Shown here: positions 12,624 through 21,893 of the stretch, piece by piece
Layout of the letters: each line of letters begins with the position of its first letter
How positions within the stretch are numbered: the first letter of the stretch is position 1
Assembly (NCBI GenBank): GCA_965225945.1
Contig: CBDDBZ010000029.1
Location: 1-64,000 of the forward strand
Direction: 5' to 3'
Length of the DNA: 64,000 nt
Source of the DNA: Alphaproteobacteria bacterium
Lineage (GTDB): Bacteria; Pseudomonadota; Alphaproteobacteria; GCA-2731375
Translations under genes and position numbers: made by a program
The notes under the pieces: generated by a model
The model's database searches: none
Told to the model about the DNA's origin: nothing
The model's input: the letters and a program-made list of their open reading frames with translations, nothing else

Positions 12624-13352
12624 TTAGGACCGATTCTTGAAGCGCCAGGAGTCGTTTCCGGTCTCGATGATCTCGCAGTGGTGCGTCAGACGATCGAGGA
12701 GCGCGGTGGTCATCTTGGCGTCGCCGAAGACGGACGGCCATTCGCCGAAGGTCAGGTTGGTGGTGACGATGATCGAGGTGCGCTCGTAGAGCCGGCTGAC
12801 GAGGTGGAACAGCAGCTGGCCTCCGGTTTGGGCGAAGGGCAGGTAGCCGAGCTCGTCGAGGATGACGAGGTCGCGCCGGGCCAGCTGATCGGCGAGCCGG
12901 CCCTGGCGGCCGGCGCGGGCTTCGGCCTCGAGCCGGTTGACCAGGTCGACGACGTTGAAGAAGCGGCCCCGGGCGCCATCGCGGATGCAGGCCCGCGCGA
13001 TGGCGACGGCGAGATGGCTCTTGCCGGTGCCGGTGCCGCCGATCAGCACGGCGTTGCGCTGGTTGGCCAGGAAGCCGCCGACCGCCAACTCGCGGACCAG
13101 CGGCTCGTTGACCGGGGTGTCGGTGAAGTCGAAGTCGGCCAGCTCCTTGGCCAGCGGCAGCTTGGCGCCACTCATCTGGTACTTGATGGATCGCGCCTGC
13201 TTGTCGGCGATCTCGGCCTTCAACAGCTCGCCGATGATTCGCTGCATCGGATGCTGGCGCTTGAGGCCGTCGGCGAGCACCTCGTCGAACGCGTCGCGCA
13301 TGCCGGCGAGCTTGAGTGCGGCCATCATCTCCAGGACCTCATGGCGCTCCAT
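12624..13352 (-). CDS. istB: IS21 helper ATPase IstB
   Basis: [30 protein letters not shown]. Confidence 0.97.
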   Translation of the reverse strand: MERHEVLEMMAALKLAGMRDAFDEVLADGLKRQHPMQRIIGELLKAEIADKQARSIKYQMSGAKLPLAKELADFDFTDTPVNEPLVRELAVGGFLANQRNAVLIGGTGTGKSHLAVAIARACIRDGARGRFFNVVDLVNRLEAEARAGRQGRLADQLARRDLVILDELGYLPFAQTGGQLLFHLVSRLYERTSIIVTTNLTFGEWPSVFGDAKMTTALLDRLTHHCEIIETGNDSWRFKNRS

Positions 13353-14911
13353 GGCCGACCCCCCTCAAGCGGTCGTAGCGGGTGCAATCGGCCACCGGCT
13401 CAAAGCGAAGACGCAGGTTCGCGGGCGTCGGGATCGGCGCCGTCTCGGACGGCTGGCGCCGACGATTGAGGATGTTGAGCACGACGTCGGCGCTGCACAC
13501 GCCGCCAGCGAGCGCCTCGGCACAGGCGGCCTCCACCGCCGCCAGCCCATCCGCCAGCACGGCGGTGAGGATCTCGACCATCTGCCTGTCGCCGTCGTCG
13601 TGGCCGGCGAGCCGGACGCGCACGCGACCCAGGGCGCCGGGCAGCGCCCAGTCCTTGAACGGCGCGCCGTTACGAAGCGCACCGGGCTTCCTCGCCAGCA
13701 CGGGCACGTAGTGCCACGGGTCATAGACGGTCTGGTCGCGGCCGAAGCGCCGGGCATGCTCGGCGACGATCTCGCCGTCCTGGCGGATGACGATGCGATC
13801 GGCGTAGGCATGGACCTCGACCGGACGGCCGACGGCGCGCGCCGCCACGCTGTACTTGTTGCTGTCGAAGCGCACCAGGCAGGTCTTCGACACCGACGCC
13901 GGGACCGCGTGGAAGCCGTCGAACGGCCCGCGATAGCCGACCAGGGACGGACGCTCGTCCTCGAACACCTGCCAGACAGTCCTGTCCTTGAACACCGGGG
14001 GGGGATGACGCCGGGCGTAGGCGACGCACTGGTCCAAGAGCCAGGCGTTGAGTTCGTCGTAGGTCTTGAAGCGCAGCCGCGGGGTGAAGAACCGACCGCG
14101 GATGATCCCGACCTGGTTCTCGACCTGCCCCTTCTCCCATCCCGCTCCCGGCGTGCATGCTGTCGGTTCGACCAGGTAGTGGCCACACATCTGCACGAAG
14201 CGCCGGTTGAACGCGCGCTCCTTGCCGATGAGGACGGTCTGCACCGCCGTCTTCATGTTGTCGTAGATGCCTCGCCGGCAGGCACCCTGGAACAGCCGGA
14301 ATGCCCGGTCGTGGGCGTCGAACACCATCTCCTGGCTCTCGCGCGGATAAGCGCGGACGAAGAACATTCGGCTGTGGCACAGCCGGACGTGCGCGACCTT
14401 GACCTTGGTCGTCACCCCCGCCAGCACCACGTACTCGTGGCTCCAGTCGAACTGATAGGCCTCGCCCGGCGAGAACACCAACGGCACATAGGTCTGCGCC
14501 GAAAAACCCTACATCACTTGGAAAGCAGAGGATGACTGATCAACGGCGTTCGATGCCGAACGTCGATGCCGAACGGCGCCACCGCCACGCCTTGGCGTAG
14601 CGCCGCACCGCGTCGTAGCCGCCGCCATAGCCCAGACCCTCGAGGGCTTCGGAGATCCGTAGCAGCGTCAGCCGCTCCCGCTTCGACTTGGTCTCGTTGG
14701 CCTCCAGCATCCGCTCCAGCTCGGCCGTCCACGGCCCCAGCTTCGGCATCGGCTGGACCCGCCGGTCGTAGGTGAACGCCGTCGCCTGCGAACGGATCAC
14801 CTTGCGCACCGTGTTGCCCGAGACCTTCACGTCCCGCACGATCTCCTTGATCGGCTTCCCCTTGACGAAATACTCCCGCCGGATCCGCGCTATCGTCTCC
14901 ACGACCAACAT
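13339..14911 (-). pseudogene. istA: IS21 transposase IstA split by a 61-nt insertion
   Basis: ORFs 14540..14911 and 13339..14487 together correspond to the intact IstA at 46231..47742. Confidence 0.93.
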
Positions 14912-15026
14912 CCCCCACCACCTCGTCCGCCCAAAAACGAGGTGACTTGGACTAGCCAGGCTCAGGGGGTCAAATTTGGACGCCGATCACCCCTCAACAG
15001 GGGTCAACTTTGCACGCCGTTCCACA

Positions 15027-15215
15027 GGCCAGCACCACATCGATCAGCTCGTCTTTCGACAAAAAGGCAAGAACATCCCTATCCATCGAATCCCTAGAAT
15101 CGATCAACCACCCTCTGTCAAACCAAATCTAGGCCGTCAGCGCCCCAAACCCACAAAATCTGCCCCCAGAGACCCAATCCGCAGCCTCATCGAAATCAGC
15201 TACCTGGGCAGTTAC
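15027..15215 (-). mobile_element. IS66-family (ISBst12-like) left end and first 20 transposase codons
   Basis: Minus strand begins GTAACTGCCCAGG; ATG at 15086 gives MDRDVLAFLSKDELIDVVLA, then the IS21 end. Confidence 0.6.
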
Positions 15216-15400
15216 CATATTAGAAGAATAGAATTTCAAAAGTTGGCTAGAAATCGCCGTCCCGGCCACCTCGGCCCGACGGGGAGTGCACCCCCGATAG
15301 CCGACATTGGTGGCCCTCGCCGCGTGAGTGCCGCTCACCTTCTCCGGCTCGCCGCCCTGGCGGATTCCGACGGCCAATTCGGCGCCACCGAAACGGGGCG

Positions 15401-15703
15401 CTAAGCGCCCCTTTTCCAGAGTTGGGTCGAGGCCAACGCCGCACCTTCCGACAAGGTGCGGAGTTTCGCCCAGACGACGCTCGGCGCGACCGGGTTGTTT
15501 GGCCCGGCAAAGGTCGCGAAGCCGCAGTCGGTGCCGGCGATCACGCGTTCGCGGCCGACGGTGTTCGCGTACTGGCGGATGCGCTGGGAAAACAATTGGG
15601 GACAGTATAACATTTCCAGGACCTTATGGGCCTGTGTCCTCGCGAGACGCCGCAGCCAGGCATACCGTGCATCAAGCTCCGCGATTTCATTTAGTACTTC
15701 CAT
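15401..15703 (-). pseudogene. Cobalamin-independent methionine synthase II-family C-terminal fragment fused to unrelated sequence
   Basis: QRIRQYANTVGRERVIAGTDCGFATFAG...VVWAKLRTLSEGAALAS; only about 65 codons are homologous. Confidence 0.75.
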
Positions 15704-15751
15704 TCTCCCTCGCCCCGAAAAACATTTCTCTCGGTGTCCGGTCGACGAGTT

Positions 15752-15843
15752 GCCATCGCCGACGTTTCGCTCGGACACTTCAAAGCCCCTGTTCGCGCGC
15801 CCAGACGTCCTGCGCCGGGGTCTCCGCCGGCGCCCGGTGGCGC
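15752..15843 (-). repeat. Displaced copy of the DUF1028 gene 3' end
   Basis: Imperfect direct repeat of 16606-16696; encodes RHRAPAETPAQDVWAREQGL* versus ...ARERGL*. Confidence 0.9.
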
Positions 15844-15883
15844 TTTTTGCTTGCTTTGCCACCCCCCCCCCCCCCACCGCTCA

Positions 15884-16189
15884 TTATTGTTTCGACGGTG
15901 CGGGCTCGAATTCGACTTTCACGCGATAGCCGAGCACCCGCGCATAGTTCTCGACCGTTGCCAGCCGTGGGGAAATCTCGCTGTTCACGCTTTCGAGCCG
16001 TGAGATATTGCCTTTTTTGGTACCCATGAGTTCGGCCATTTGCGCTTGGGTTTTGCCCGCGGCCGTGCGCATGGCGATCATATCGCGCTTCATGGCATGG
16101 GCCGAGGCGGCTTCATCGTAGGCGGCCTTCACCTCCGGGTTTTTGAGAGCTTTGGCCTTGAAGCTCTCGAATGTGGGTCGATTAGTCAT
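15884..16189 (-). CDS. XRE-family HTH antitoxin
   Basis: AGKTQAQMAELMGTKKGNISRLES HTH; overlaps the toxin stop codon. Confidence 0.9.
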   Translation of the reverse strand: MTNRPTFESFKAKALKNPEVKAAYDEAASAHAMKRDMIAMRTAAGKTQAQMAELMGTKKGNISRLESVNSEISPRLATVENYARVLGYRVKVEFEPAPSKQ

Positions 16190-16511
16190 TGTCCGTTAGC
16201 TCCTTCATGCGTTTGCGCGCCAGTTCCACGTGCTTTTTCGCAATCTTCTGCGTTTTCTTGATGAAGGTGTGCAGGATCACGAGTTCCTGCCCCTCGATCG
16301 TGCAAAACAGGGATCGGCCGATCCCTTCGGGGCCCTTGGCCCTGATCTCGAACAAGCCCTTGCCTAACGGCGCGGTGTGAGGACGGCCGATCGAAGGGCC
16401 AAACTCTTCCACCAGCTCGATGATGTGGAGCAGATTTGCCAGTATCCCGGCAGGCAGCGCCAATGTCTGATTTTCGACCTTTTCGTTATAAAAAGTGACC
16501 GTCCATTTCAT
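16182..16511 (-). CDS. RelE/HigB-type (Gp49-like) toxin
   Basis: PHTAPLGKGLFEIRAKGPEGIGR...LHTFIKKTQK; toxin-before-antitoxin order. Confidence 0.9.
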   Translation of the reverse strand: MKWTVTFYNEKVENQTLALPAGILANLLHIIELVEEFGPSIGRPHTAPLGKGLFEIRAKGPEGIGRSLFCTIEGQELVILHTFIKKTQKIAKKHVELARKRMKELTDND

Positions 16512-16517
16512 ACGGCC

Positions 16518-16546
16518 AGGTTATCAAATATGATACCTCTTGTCAA
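16518..16546 (-). promoter_or_regulatory. Sigma70 promoter with overlapping palindromic operator for the TA operon
   Basis: TTGACA-N17-TAACCT, 6 nt before the ATG; TATCA-N4-TGATA palindrome overlaps the spacer and -10. Confidence 0.75.
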
Positions 16547-16632
16547 ATATCCACCGTAATTTTCCCTTCCAACATAAGGTCAACGCCCGAGCGGCGCGCA
16601 ACGCCGCCGTCGCCGACCTTTCACATCGACAC

Positions 16633-17331
16633 TCAGAGCCCCCGTTCCCGCGCCCAGACGTCCTGCGCCGGGGTCTCCGCCGGTGCGCGGTGGCGCAGTT
16701 CGTAATAGGGAATATAGGGGGCGTAGACGCCGTGGATCCGCCTGAGCTCGTCCACCGCCGCCTCATGCGCGTCGACCCGGAGGTCGAGAAGGGCATATTC
16801 GTGCCGGTCATATACCAGGAGCCCGGCCGAGCGTTCCGGCAGGTGGCCGTCGGCGCCCTGCTGTCCGCCGGCGTCGCGCCCGGCCTCCAGCGCGCGGAGC
16901 AGCCGTTCGTCCAGCCCCTCGCCCGCCGACGCCTCGAAGCCCTCCGCGATCGCCGTCACCACCGCCTCGCCGGCCAGCACGTTCCCCATCGCCACCACGC
17001 CATCCGCCGTCACGTGGCCCGACCAGGGCCGCGTGTTCCGCCCGGTGTGCGCCACGGCGCCACCGTCGCGATCGATCAGGGCGATCTGGCGCCAGTCGAA
17101 CTCGGGATCGCTTTCGGCGAGCTCCGCCATGACCTTCTCGGCCCGGTAGCCGAGCGCCATCAGCCGGAGGGCGAGCGGCCCCAGGCCCGGGTTGACGAAG
17201 GCCTGGGTCGAGACCGCACCCACGCCGGCCCGGATCGAGGGGCAATAGCCGCCGACGGCCAAGGAATAGGTGGCGATGGCGATGCCGAGCCGCCCGCTTG
17301 TCCCGCAGCGGCCGATAACGGTATAGGTCAT
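16633..17331 (-). CDS. DUF1028 (Ntn-hydrolase-like) protein
   Basis: MTYTVIGRC..SGRLGIA, GAVSTQAFVNPGLG, GNVLAG, DLRVDAH. Confidence 0.9.
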   Translation of the reverse strand: MTYTVIGRCGTSGRLGIAIATYSLAVGGYCPSIRAGVGAVSTQAFVNPGLGPLALRLMALGYRAEKVMAELAESDPEFDWRQIALIDRDGGAVAHTGRNTRPWSGHVTADGVVAMGNVLAGEAVVTAIAEGFEASAGEGLDERLLRALEAGRDAGGQQGADGHLPERSAGLLVYDRHEYALLDLRVDAHEAAVDELRRIHGVYAPYIPYYELRHRAPAETPAQDVWARERGL

Positions 17332-17379
17332 GGCGCTTCCCCCCGTGCCTGCGACGAGCCTAGGACGCCCCGCCCGGGC

Positions 17380-18585
17380 TCAGTTCCAGCGGCGCAGCTC
17401 GAGGCGGGCGATCTGGTTGCGGTGGACCTCGTCGGGGCCGTCGGCGAGGCGCAGCGTGCGCGAGTGCGCCCACCAGAAGGCCAGCATGAATTCCTGAGAG
17501 ACGCCGCCGCCGCCATGCGCCTGGATCGCCCAGTCGAGCACCTTCAGCGTGGTGTTCGGCGCCGCCACCTTGATCATGGCGATCTCCTTGCGGGCCGCCT
17601 TGTTGCCGACGGTGTCCATCTTGTAGGCCGCCATCAGCGTCAGCAGCCGCGACTGGTCGATCTCGATGCGGGATTGCGCGATCCGCTCCTGGGTCACCGT
17701 CTGGTCCGAGATCGCCTTGCCGAAGGCGACGCGCGACTTGGTGCGCTTGCACATCGCCTCCAGCGCCCGCTCGGCGACGCCGACCTGGCGCATGCAGTGA
17801 TGGATCCGGCCGGGGCCGAGCCGGCCCTGGGCGATCTCGAAGCCCCGGCCCTCGCCCAACAGCATGTTGGCGGCCGGCACCCGGACGTTCTCGAAGCTGA
17901 CCTCGCCGTGGCCGTGCGGCGCGTCGTCGTAGCCGAAGACGGTCAACATCCGGTCGATGGTGATGCCCGGGGTGTCGCGCGGCACCAGGATCTGCGACTG
18001 CTGGCGGTATCGGTCGGGATGGTTGGGGTCGGTCTTGCCCATGAAGATCAGGATCTTGCAGCGCGGATCGCCGATGCCGGAGGCGAACCACTTGGTCCCG
18101 TTGATGACGTAAGCATCGCCGTCGCGCACGATCGAGCTTTCGATGTTGGTGGCGTCCGAGGAAGCCACCGCCGGTTCCGTCATCGCGAAGCAGGAGCGGA
18201 TCTCGCCCGCCAAGAGCGGCGCTAGCCACTGCTTCTTCTGTTCCTCGGTGCCATATCGGGTCAGCACCTCCATGTTGCCGGTGTCGGGCGCCGAGCAATT
18301 GAAGACCTCCGGCGCCATCGGCGAGCGCCCCATGATCTCGCACAAGGGGGCGTATTCGAGGTTGGTGAGGCCGGCGCCGTGCTCGCTTTCGGGCAGGAAC
18401 AGGTTCCACAGCCCCGCCGCCCGGGCCTTCGGCTTCAACTCCTCGACGAGTTCGACCGGCCGCCAACGCTCGCCCTGGTCGATTTGCGCGAAATAAGTCT
18501 TCTCGTTCGGATAGATATGCTCTTCCATGAAGGCGGTGAGTTGCTCCATCAGAGCCTTGGTCTTGTCCGAATATTCGAAATCCAT
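17380..18585 (-). CDS. Acyl-CoA dehydrogenase
   Basis: [53 protein letters not shown]. Confidence 0.96.
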   Translation of the reverse strand: MDFEYSDKTKALMEQLTAFMEEHIYPNEKTYFAQIDQGERWRPVELVEELKPKARAAGLWNLFLPESEHGAGLTNLEYAPLCEIMGRSPMAPEVFNCSAPDTGNMEVLTRYGTEEQKKQWLAPLLAGEIRSCFAMTEPAVASSDATNIESSIVRDGDAYVINGTKWFASGIGDPRCKILIFMGKTDPNHPDRYRQQSQILVPRDTPGITIDRMLTVFGYDDAPHGHGEVSFENVRVPAANMLLGEGRGFEIAQGRLGPGRIHHCMRQVGVAERALEAMCKRTKSRVAFGKAISDQTVTQERIAQSRIEIDQSRLLTLMAAYKMDTVGNKAARKEIAMIKVAAPNTTLKVLDWAIQAHGGGGVSQEFMLAFWWAHSRTLRLADGPDEVHRNQIARLELRRWN

Positions 18586-18718
18586 CGGCTTCTTCCTCGC
18601 GCTTCCAGGCTTGAATGGGGCGGGCTCGCCGCCCCCGGCGCCAGCCGCGCGCGGACTCTAGTGCGCCGGGGTTCGCGAGGGAAGGGATCGGCGGGGCCGC
18701 GACGATCTTCCTGAGGCC

Positions 18719-19165
18719 TCAGCGTCTGGTGGCGAAGAAGCGGCGCAGCAGCTCGGCGCTTTCAGCCTCGCCGATGCCCGGATAGAGCTCCGGGCGGTGG
18801 TGACAGGTCGGTTGATGCAGGACCCGGGGGCCGTGGCGGACCCCACCGCCCTTGGGATCGTCGGCGCCCCAGTAGAGTCGCGCGATGCGCGCGAGAGAGA
18901 TCGCCTGGGCGCACATCGGGCAGGGCTCCAGCGTCACATGGAGCTCGCAGCCCACCAGCCGGGCGCTGGCGAGCCGGGCGCAGGCCTCGCGGATCGCCAG
19001 CATTTCGGCGTGTGCCGTCGGGTCCCGGTCCGCCGCCACCCGATTGCCGGCGCGGGCCACGATCTCGCCGCCCGGGCCCACGATCACCGCGCCCACCGGG
19101 ACCTCGTCCCGGGCCATGGCCGCCCGCGCCTCGGCCAGCGCCGCCCCCATCGCCGTCTCGCCCAT
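18719..19165 (-). CDS. tadA: tRNA adenosine deaminase (start uncertain, up to 19201)
   Basis: EVPVGAVI, DPTAHAEM, TLEPCPMC. Confidence 0.88.
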   Translation of the reverse strand: MGETAMGAALAEARAAMARDEVPVGAVIVGPGGEIVARAGNRVAADRDPTAHAEMLAIREACARLASARLVGCELHVTLEPCPMCAQAISLARIARLYWGADDPKGGGVRHGPRVLHQPTCHHRPELYPGIGEAESAELLRRFFATRR

Positions 19166-19243
19166 GACGCCACCATGGGTGCCCTCCGCCACGTCGGTCA
19201 AGTTTGGCCTCGGGCCGTGCTATAGACGGGCCGAAATCGAGCT

Positions 19244-20023
19244 TTGAATTGGGAGAGCGAGATCGCCGAGACCGAACGCATCGCCAAGCGGATCGCCCGC
19301 GCCGGGCTCTGCTCGCGCCGGGAAGCCGAGCGCTGGATCGAGCAGGGCCGCGTCGCCGTCGATGGCCAAGTGCTGTCGAGCCCGGCGCTCAGCCTCGGCG
19401 CCGAGGCCCGGATCATGGTCGACGGCAAGCCCTTGGGCCGGGCCGAGCCGAGCCGCCTGTGGCGCTATCACAAGCCGACGGGCCTGGTGACCTCGCACCG
19501 CGATCCGGAAGGCCGCCCGACCGTGTTCGAACGCCTACCGCACGACCTCGGCCGGGTGATCTCGGTCGGCCGGCTCGACATCGCCTCGGAAGGCTTGCTG
19601 TTGCTCACCAACGACGGCGCGCTGGCCCGTCATCTGGAGCTTCCCGCCACCGGCTGGACCCGACGCTACCGGGCGCGGGTCCACGGCTCGGTCGACGAAG
19701 CGGCGCTGGCCGCGCTCTCCGCAGGGGTGACGATCGAGGGGACTCGATACGGCCCCATCGATGCCCGACTGGAACGCATCCAGCGCGCCAACGCCTGGAT
19801 CGCCATCGCCCTGAAGGAGGGCAGGAACCGCGAAGTGCGGCGCATCTGCGAGCATCTCGGCTTCGCGGTGACGCGATTGATCCGGATCGCCTTCGGACCC
19901 TTCCAGCTCGGCGAACTGGGCCGGGGCGAGGTCGCGGCCGTGCGCCGGCGGGTGCTGCTCGACCAGCTGGGTCCGGCCGCAGAACGCTTCGACCTCGGCA
20001 CGGATGCGGATCGTCGGCGGTAG
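19244..20023 (+). CDS. rRNA pseudouridine synthase (RluB/RsuA family)
   Basis: S4 domain ERIAKRIARAGLCSRREAE, VGRLD, EGRNREVRR. Confidence 0.92.
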   Translation: MNWESEIAETERIAKRIARAGLCSRREAERWIEQGRVAVDGQVLSSPALSLGAEARIMVDGKPLGRAEPSRLWRYHKPTGLVTSHRDPEGRPTVFERLPHDLGRVISVGRLDIASEGLLLLTNDGALARHLELPATGWTRRYRARVHGSVDEAALAALSAGVTIEGTRYGPIDARLERIQRANAWIAIALKEGRNREVRRICEHLGFAVTRLIRIAFGPFQLGELGRGEVAAVRRRVLLDQLGPAAERFDLGTDADRRR

Positions 20024-20582
20024 GCTCGGCGGGCGCCGCCTCGCAGCACCCGGCGACCGCGCCATCCGGCCGACCGCCGAGCGGACCCGCCAGGCGCTCT
20101 TCGACATGCTCGCCCATGGTCCCTATCCGGGGCCGGAGGGGCCGATGCCGCTCGGCGCCCGGATGCTCGATGCCTTCGCCGGGACCGGCGCCGTGGGCCT
20201 GGAGGCGCTCAGCCGCGGCGCGGCGGGCGTGACCTTCCTGGACTCCGAGCCAAGCGCCCTCGATCTCGTCCACCGCAACGCGGCCGCTCTGGCGCCGGAG
20301 GACCCCGCCGTCTCGATCCTACGCCGCGACGCGACCCGGCCCGGCCGGGCGCCCGGGCGCCATGATCTGGCCTTTCTGGACCCGCCCCATGGCGCCGGAC
20401 TCGCCGTGCCGGCGTTGCGCGCGCTGGAGGGTGCCGGCTGGCTCGCCCTCGAGGCGATCGTCGTCGTCGAATGTGCCCGCAAGGAGGTGCTGGCGGCGCC
20501 CGAGGGCTTCCAAATCGCCGACGAGCGGGCGCACGGCGCGGCCCGCCTGGTCTTCCTGCGGCGCGGCCTCACCAGAGCTTGA
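20004..20582 (+). CDS. rsmD: 16S rRNA m2G966 methyltransferase
   Basis: MRIVGG..GR.L, RPT, DAFAGTGAVGLEALSRGA, FLDPP. Confidence 0.92.
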   Translation: MRIVGGRLGGRRLAAPGDRAIRPTAERTRQALFDMLAHGPYPGPEGPMPLGARMLDAFAGTGAVGLEALSRGAAGVTFLDSEPSALDLVHRNAAALAPEDPAVSILRRDATRPGRAPGRHDLAFLDPPHGAGLAVPALRALEGAGWLALEAIVVVECARKEVLAAPEGFQIADERAHGAARLVFLRRGLTRA

Positions 20583-21663
20583 TGTTCTCGTAGATCCGGA
20601 CGTTGATGTTGGCCCGCATGCCGGGGGCGAGATTGGGCGGCGGATTGTCGATCGCAATGCGGACCGGCACCCGTTCGATTCTGCCACCGAAGCTGACGCT
20701 GCCCTGGTCGACCTCGTCGATGCCCATCTGGGCGGTGGTGATGGAGCCGATGCGGCGGACCTGGCCGAAGAAATCCTCGAAAGGATAGGCCTCCAGGTTG
20801 ATCAGCACCGCCTGGCCGGCGCGGACGTGGCGGATCTGGCTCTCGTCGATATAGGCCTCGATCCAGAACAGGTTCGGGTCGTGCAGCATCAGGATGTTGA
20901 CGCCGTCCTCGACGTATTCGCCCTTGAATTTATGGATGCGGCCGATGGTGCCGTCGATCGGGCTGGTGATGTGGCGGTAGCCGAGCGAGATCTTCTGCTT
21001 GGCGATGGCGTCCTCGATCCGGGCCTGCTCGATGTCGGAGATCTTGATCTTCTCCTCGATGACGTCGATCTGCTTAGCGCTGGCCGCGAGCTGTTCCAGC
21101 TCCCTCGCCGCGACCTGGATGCGGGCGGCGAGCAGCCTTTCCTGGCCGCCGAGAACCAGCACCTTGTCCTGCTCGAGGCTCAGTTTCTCCTCGGGCTTCA
21201 GGCCCTTCTTGAAGAGAAACTGGACTCGGGCCAGGTTCTTCTCGGCGAGTTTCAGGCGGGCCTCGAGCGACTTGTGCTCCTGCTCTACGGCGCGGATCTT
21301 CTCCCGCTGGGTCGCCAGCCGGCTTTCGAGATCGATCTCGAAGGCGGTCTGCTCCGAGATCAGCCGGGCACGCCGCGCGCGCTCCAGTTGCAGGTCGGTG
21401 GCAAGCGCCTCGATGTTCATCCGGATATCGTCGTCGACCAGTCGGATCAGCAACTGCCCCTGCTTCACCGGGCCGCCTTCGGCGACCAGAATGGAATCGA
21501 TCTTGCCGTCGACTTGCGATGAGATATAGGTGAGGTCGGTCTGGACGCGGGCGTTATCTTCGTAGACGTGGGTGAACCCGTAGAAGACCTCGTAGGCGAG
21601 GACGACGGCGGCGACCACCAGGGCGGCGCCGGTCACGAACTTCAATGTCGCCTTGAGTGCCAA
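20569..21663 (-). CDS. HlyD/EmrA-family membrane fusion protein
   Basis: N-terminal TM, DNARV, lipoyl-like halves around a coiled coil, ERVPVRI..PGM. Confidence 0.88.
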   Translation of the reverse strand: MALKATLKFVTGAALVVAAVVLAYEVFYGFTHVYEDNARVQTDLTYISSQVDGKIDSILVAEGGPVKQGQLLIRLVDDDIRMNIEALATDLQLERARRARLISEQTAFEIDLESRLATQREKIRAVEQEHKSLEARLKLAEKNLARVQFLFKKGLKPEEKLSLEQDKVLVLGGQERLLAARIQVAARELEQLAASAKQIDVIEEKIKISDIEQARIEDAIAKQKISLGYRHITSPIDGTIGRIHKFKGEYVEDGVNILMLHDPNLFWIEAYIDESQIRHVRAGQAVLINLEAYPFEDFFGQVRRIGSITTAQMGIDEVDQGSVSFGGRIERVPVRIAIDNPPPNLAPGMRANINVRIYENIKLW

Positions 21664-21893
21664 CGGCGCAATTCTTCGCTCAGGCCGGCGGGACGGCGGA
21701 CGGGATCGGGCGTGAACGCGATTCGGTCATCGAGTTTCGACGGGGTCCGGCGGGTATGCCGGCGGGAGCCGAGACGGGGCGCGGCGGCCTCTACCCGACC
21801 AGGACGCTAACAGCAAGGCCATTTCCGATCAAGGCGAGGCGCGCTATACGGCGGTGACGTCGGCGCTTCCCGCGCCCGGAACGAGGTTGCCCC

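Larger units (their letters stand above)
12421..15026 (-). mobile_element. IS21-family element, copy 1 (istA disrupted)
   Basis: TG...CA ends with reiterated terminal repeats; near-identical inverted copy of 46116-48660 plus a 61-nt insertion; no flanking direct repeat. Confidence 0.95.

Noticed and set aside
15862-15875. 14-nt poly-C run as a phase-variation switch
   Set aside because: It is downstream of the antitoxin stop, not in a coding region or promoter, and homopolymer length is error-prone.
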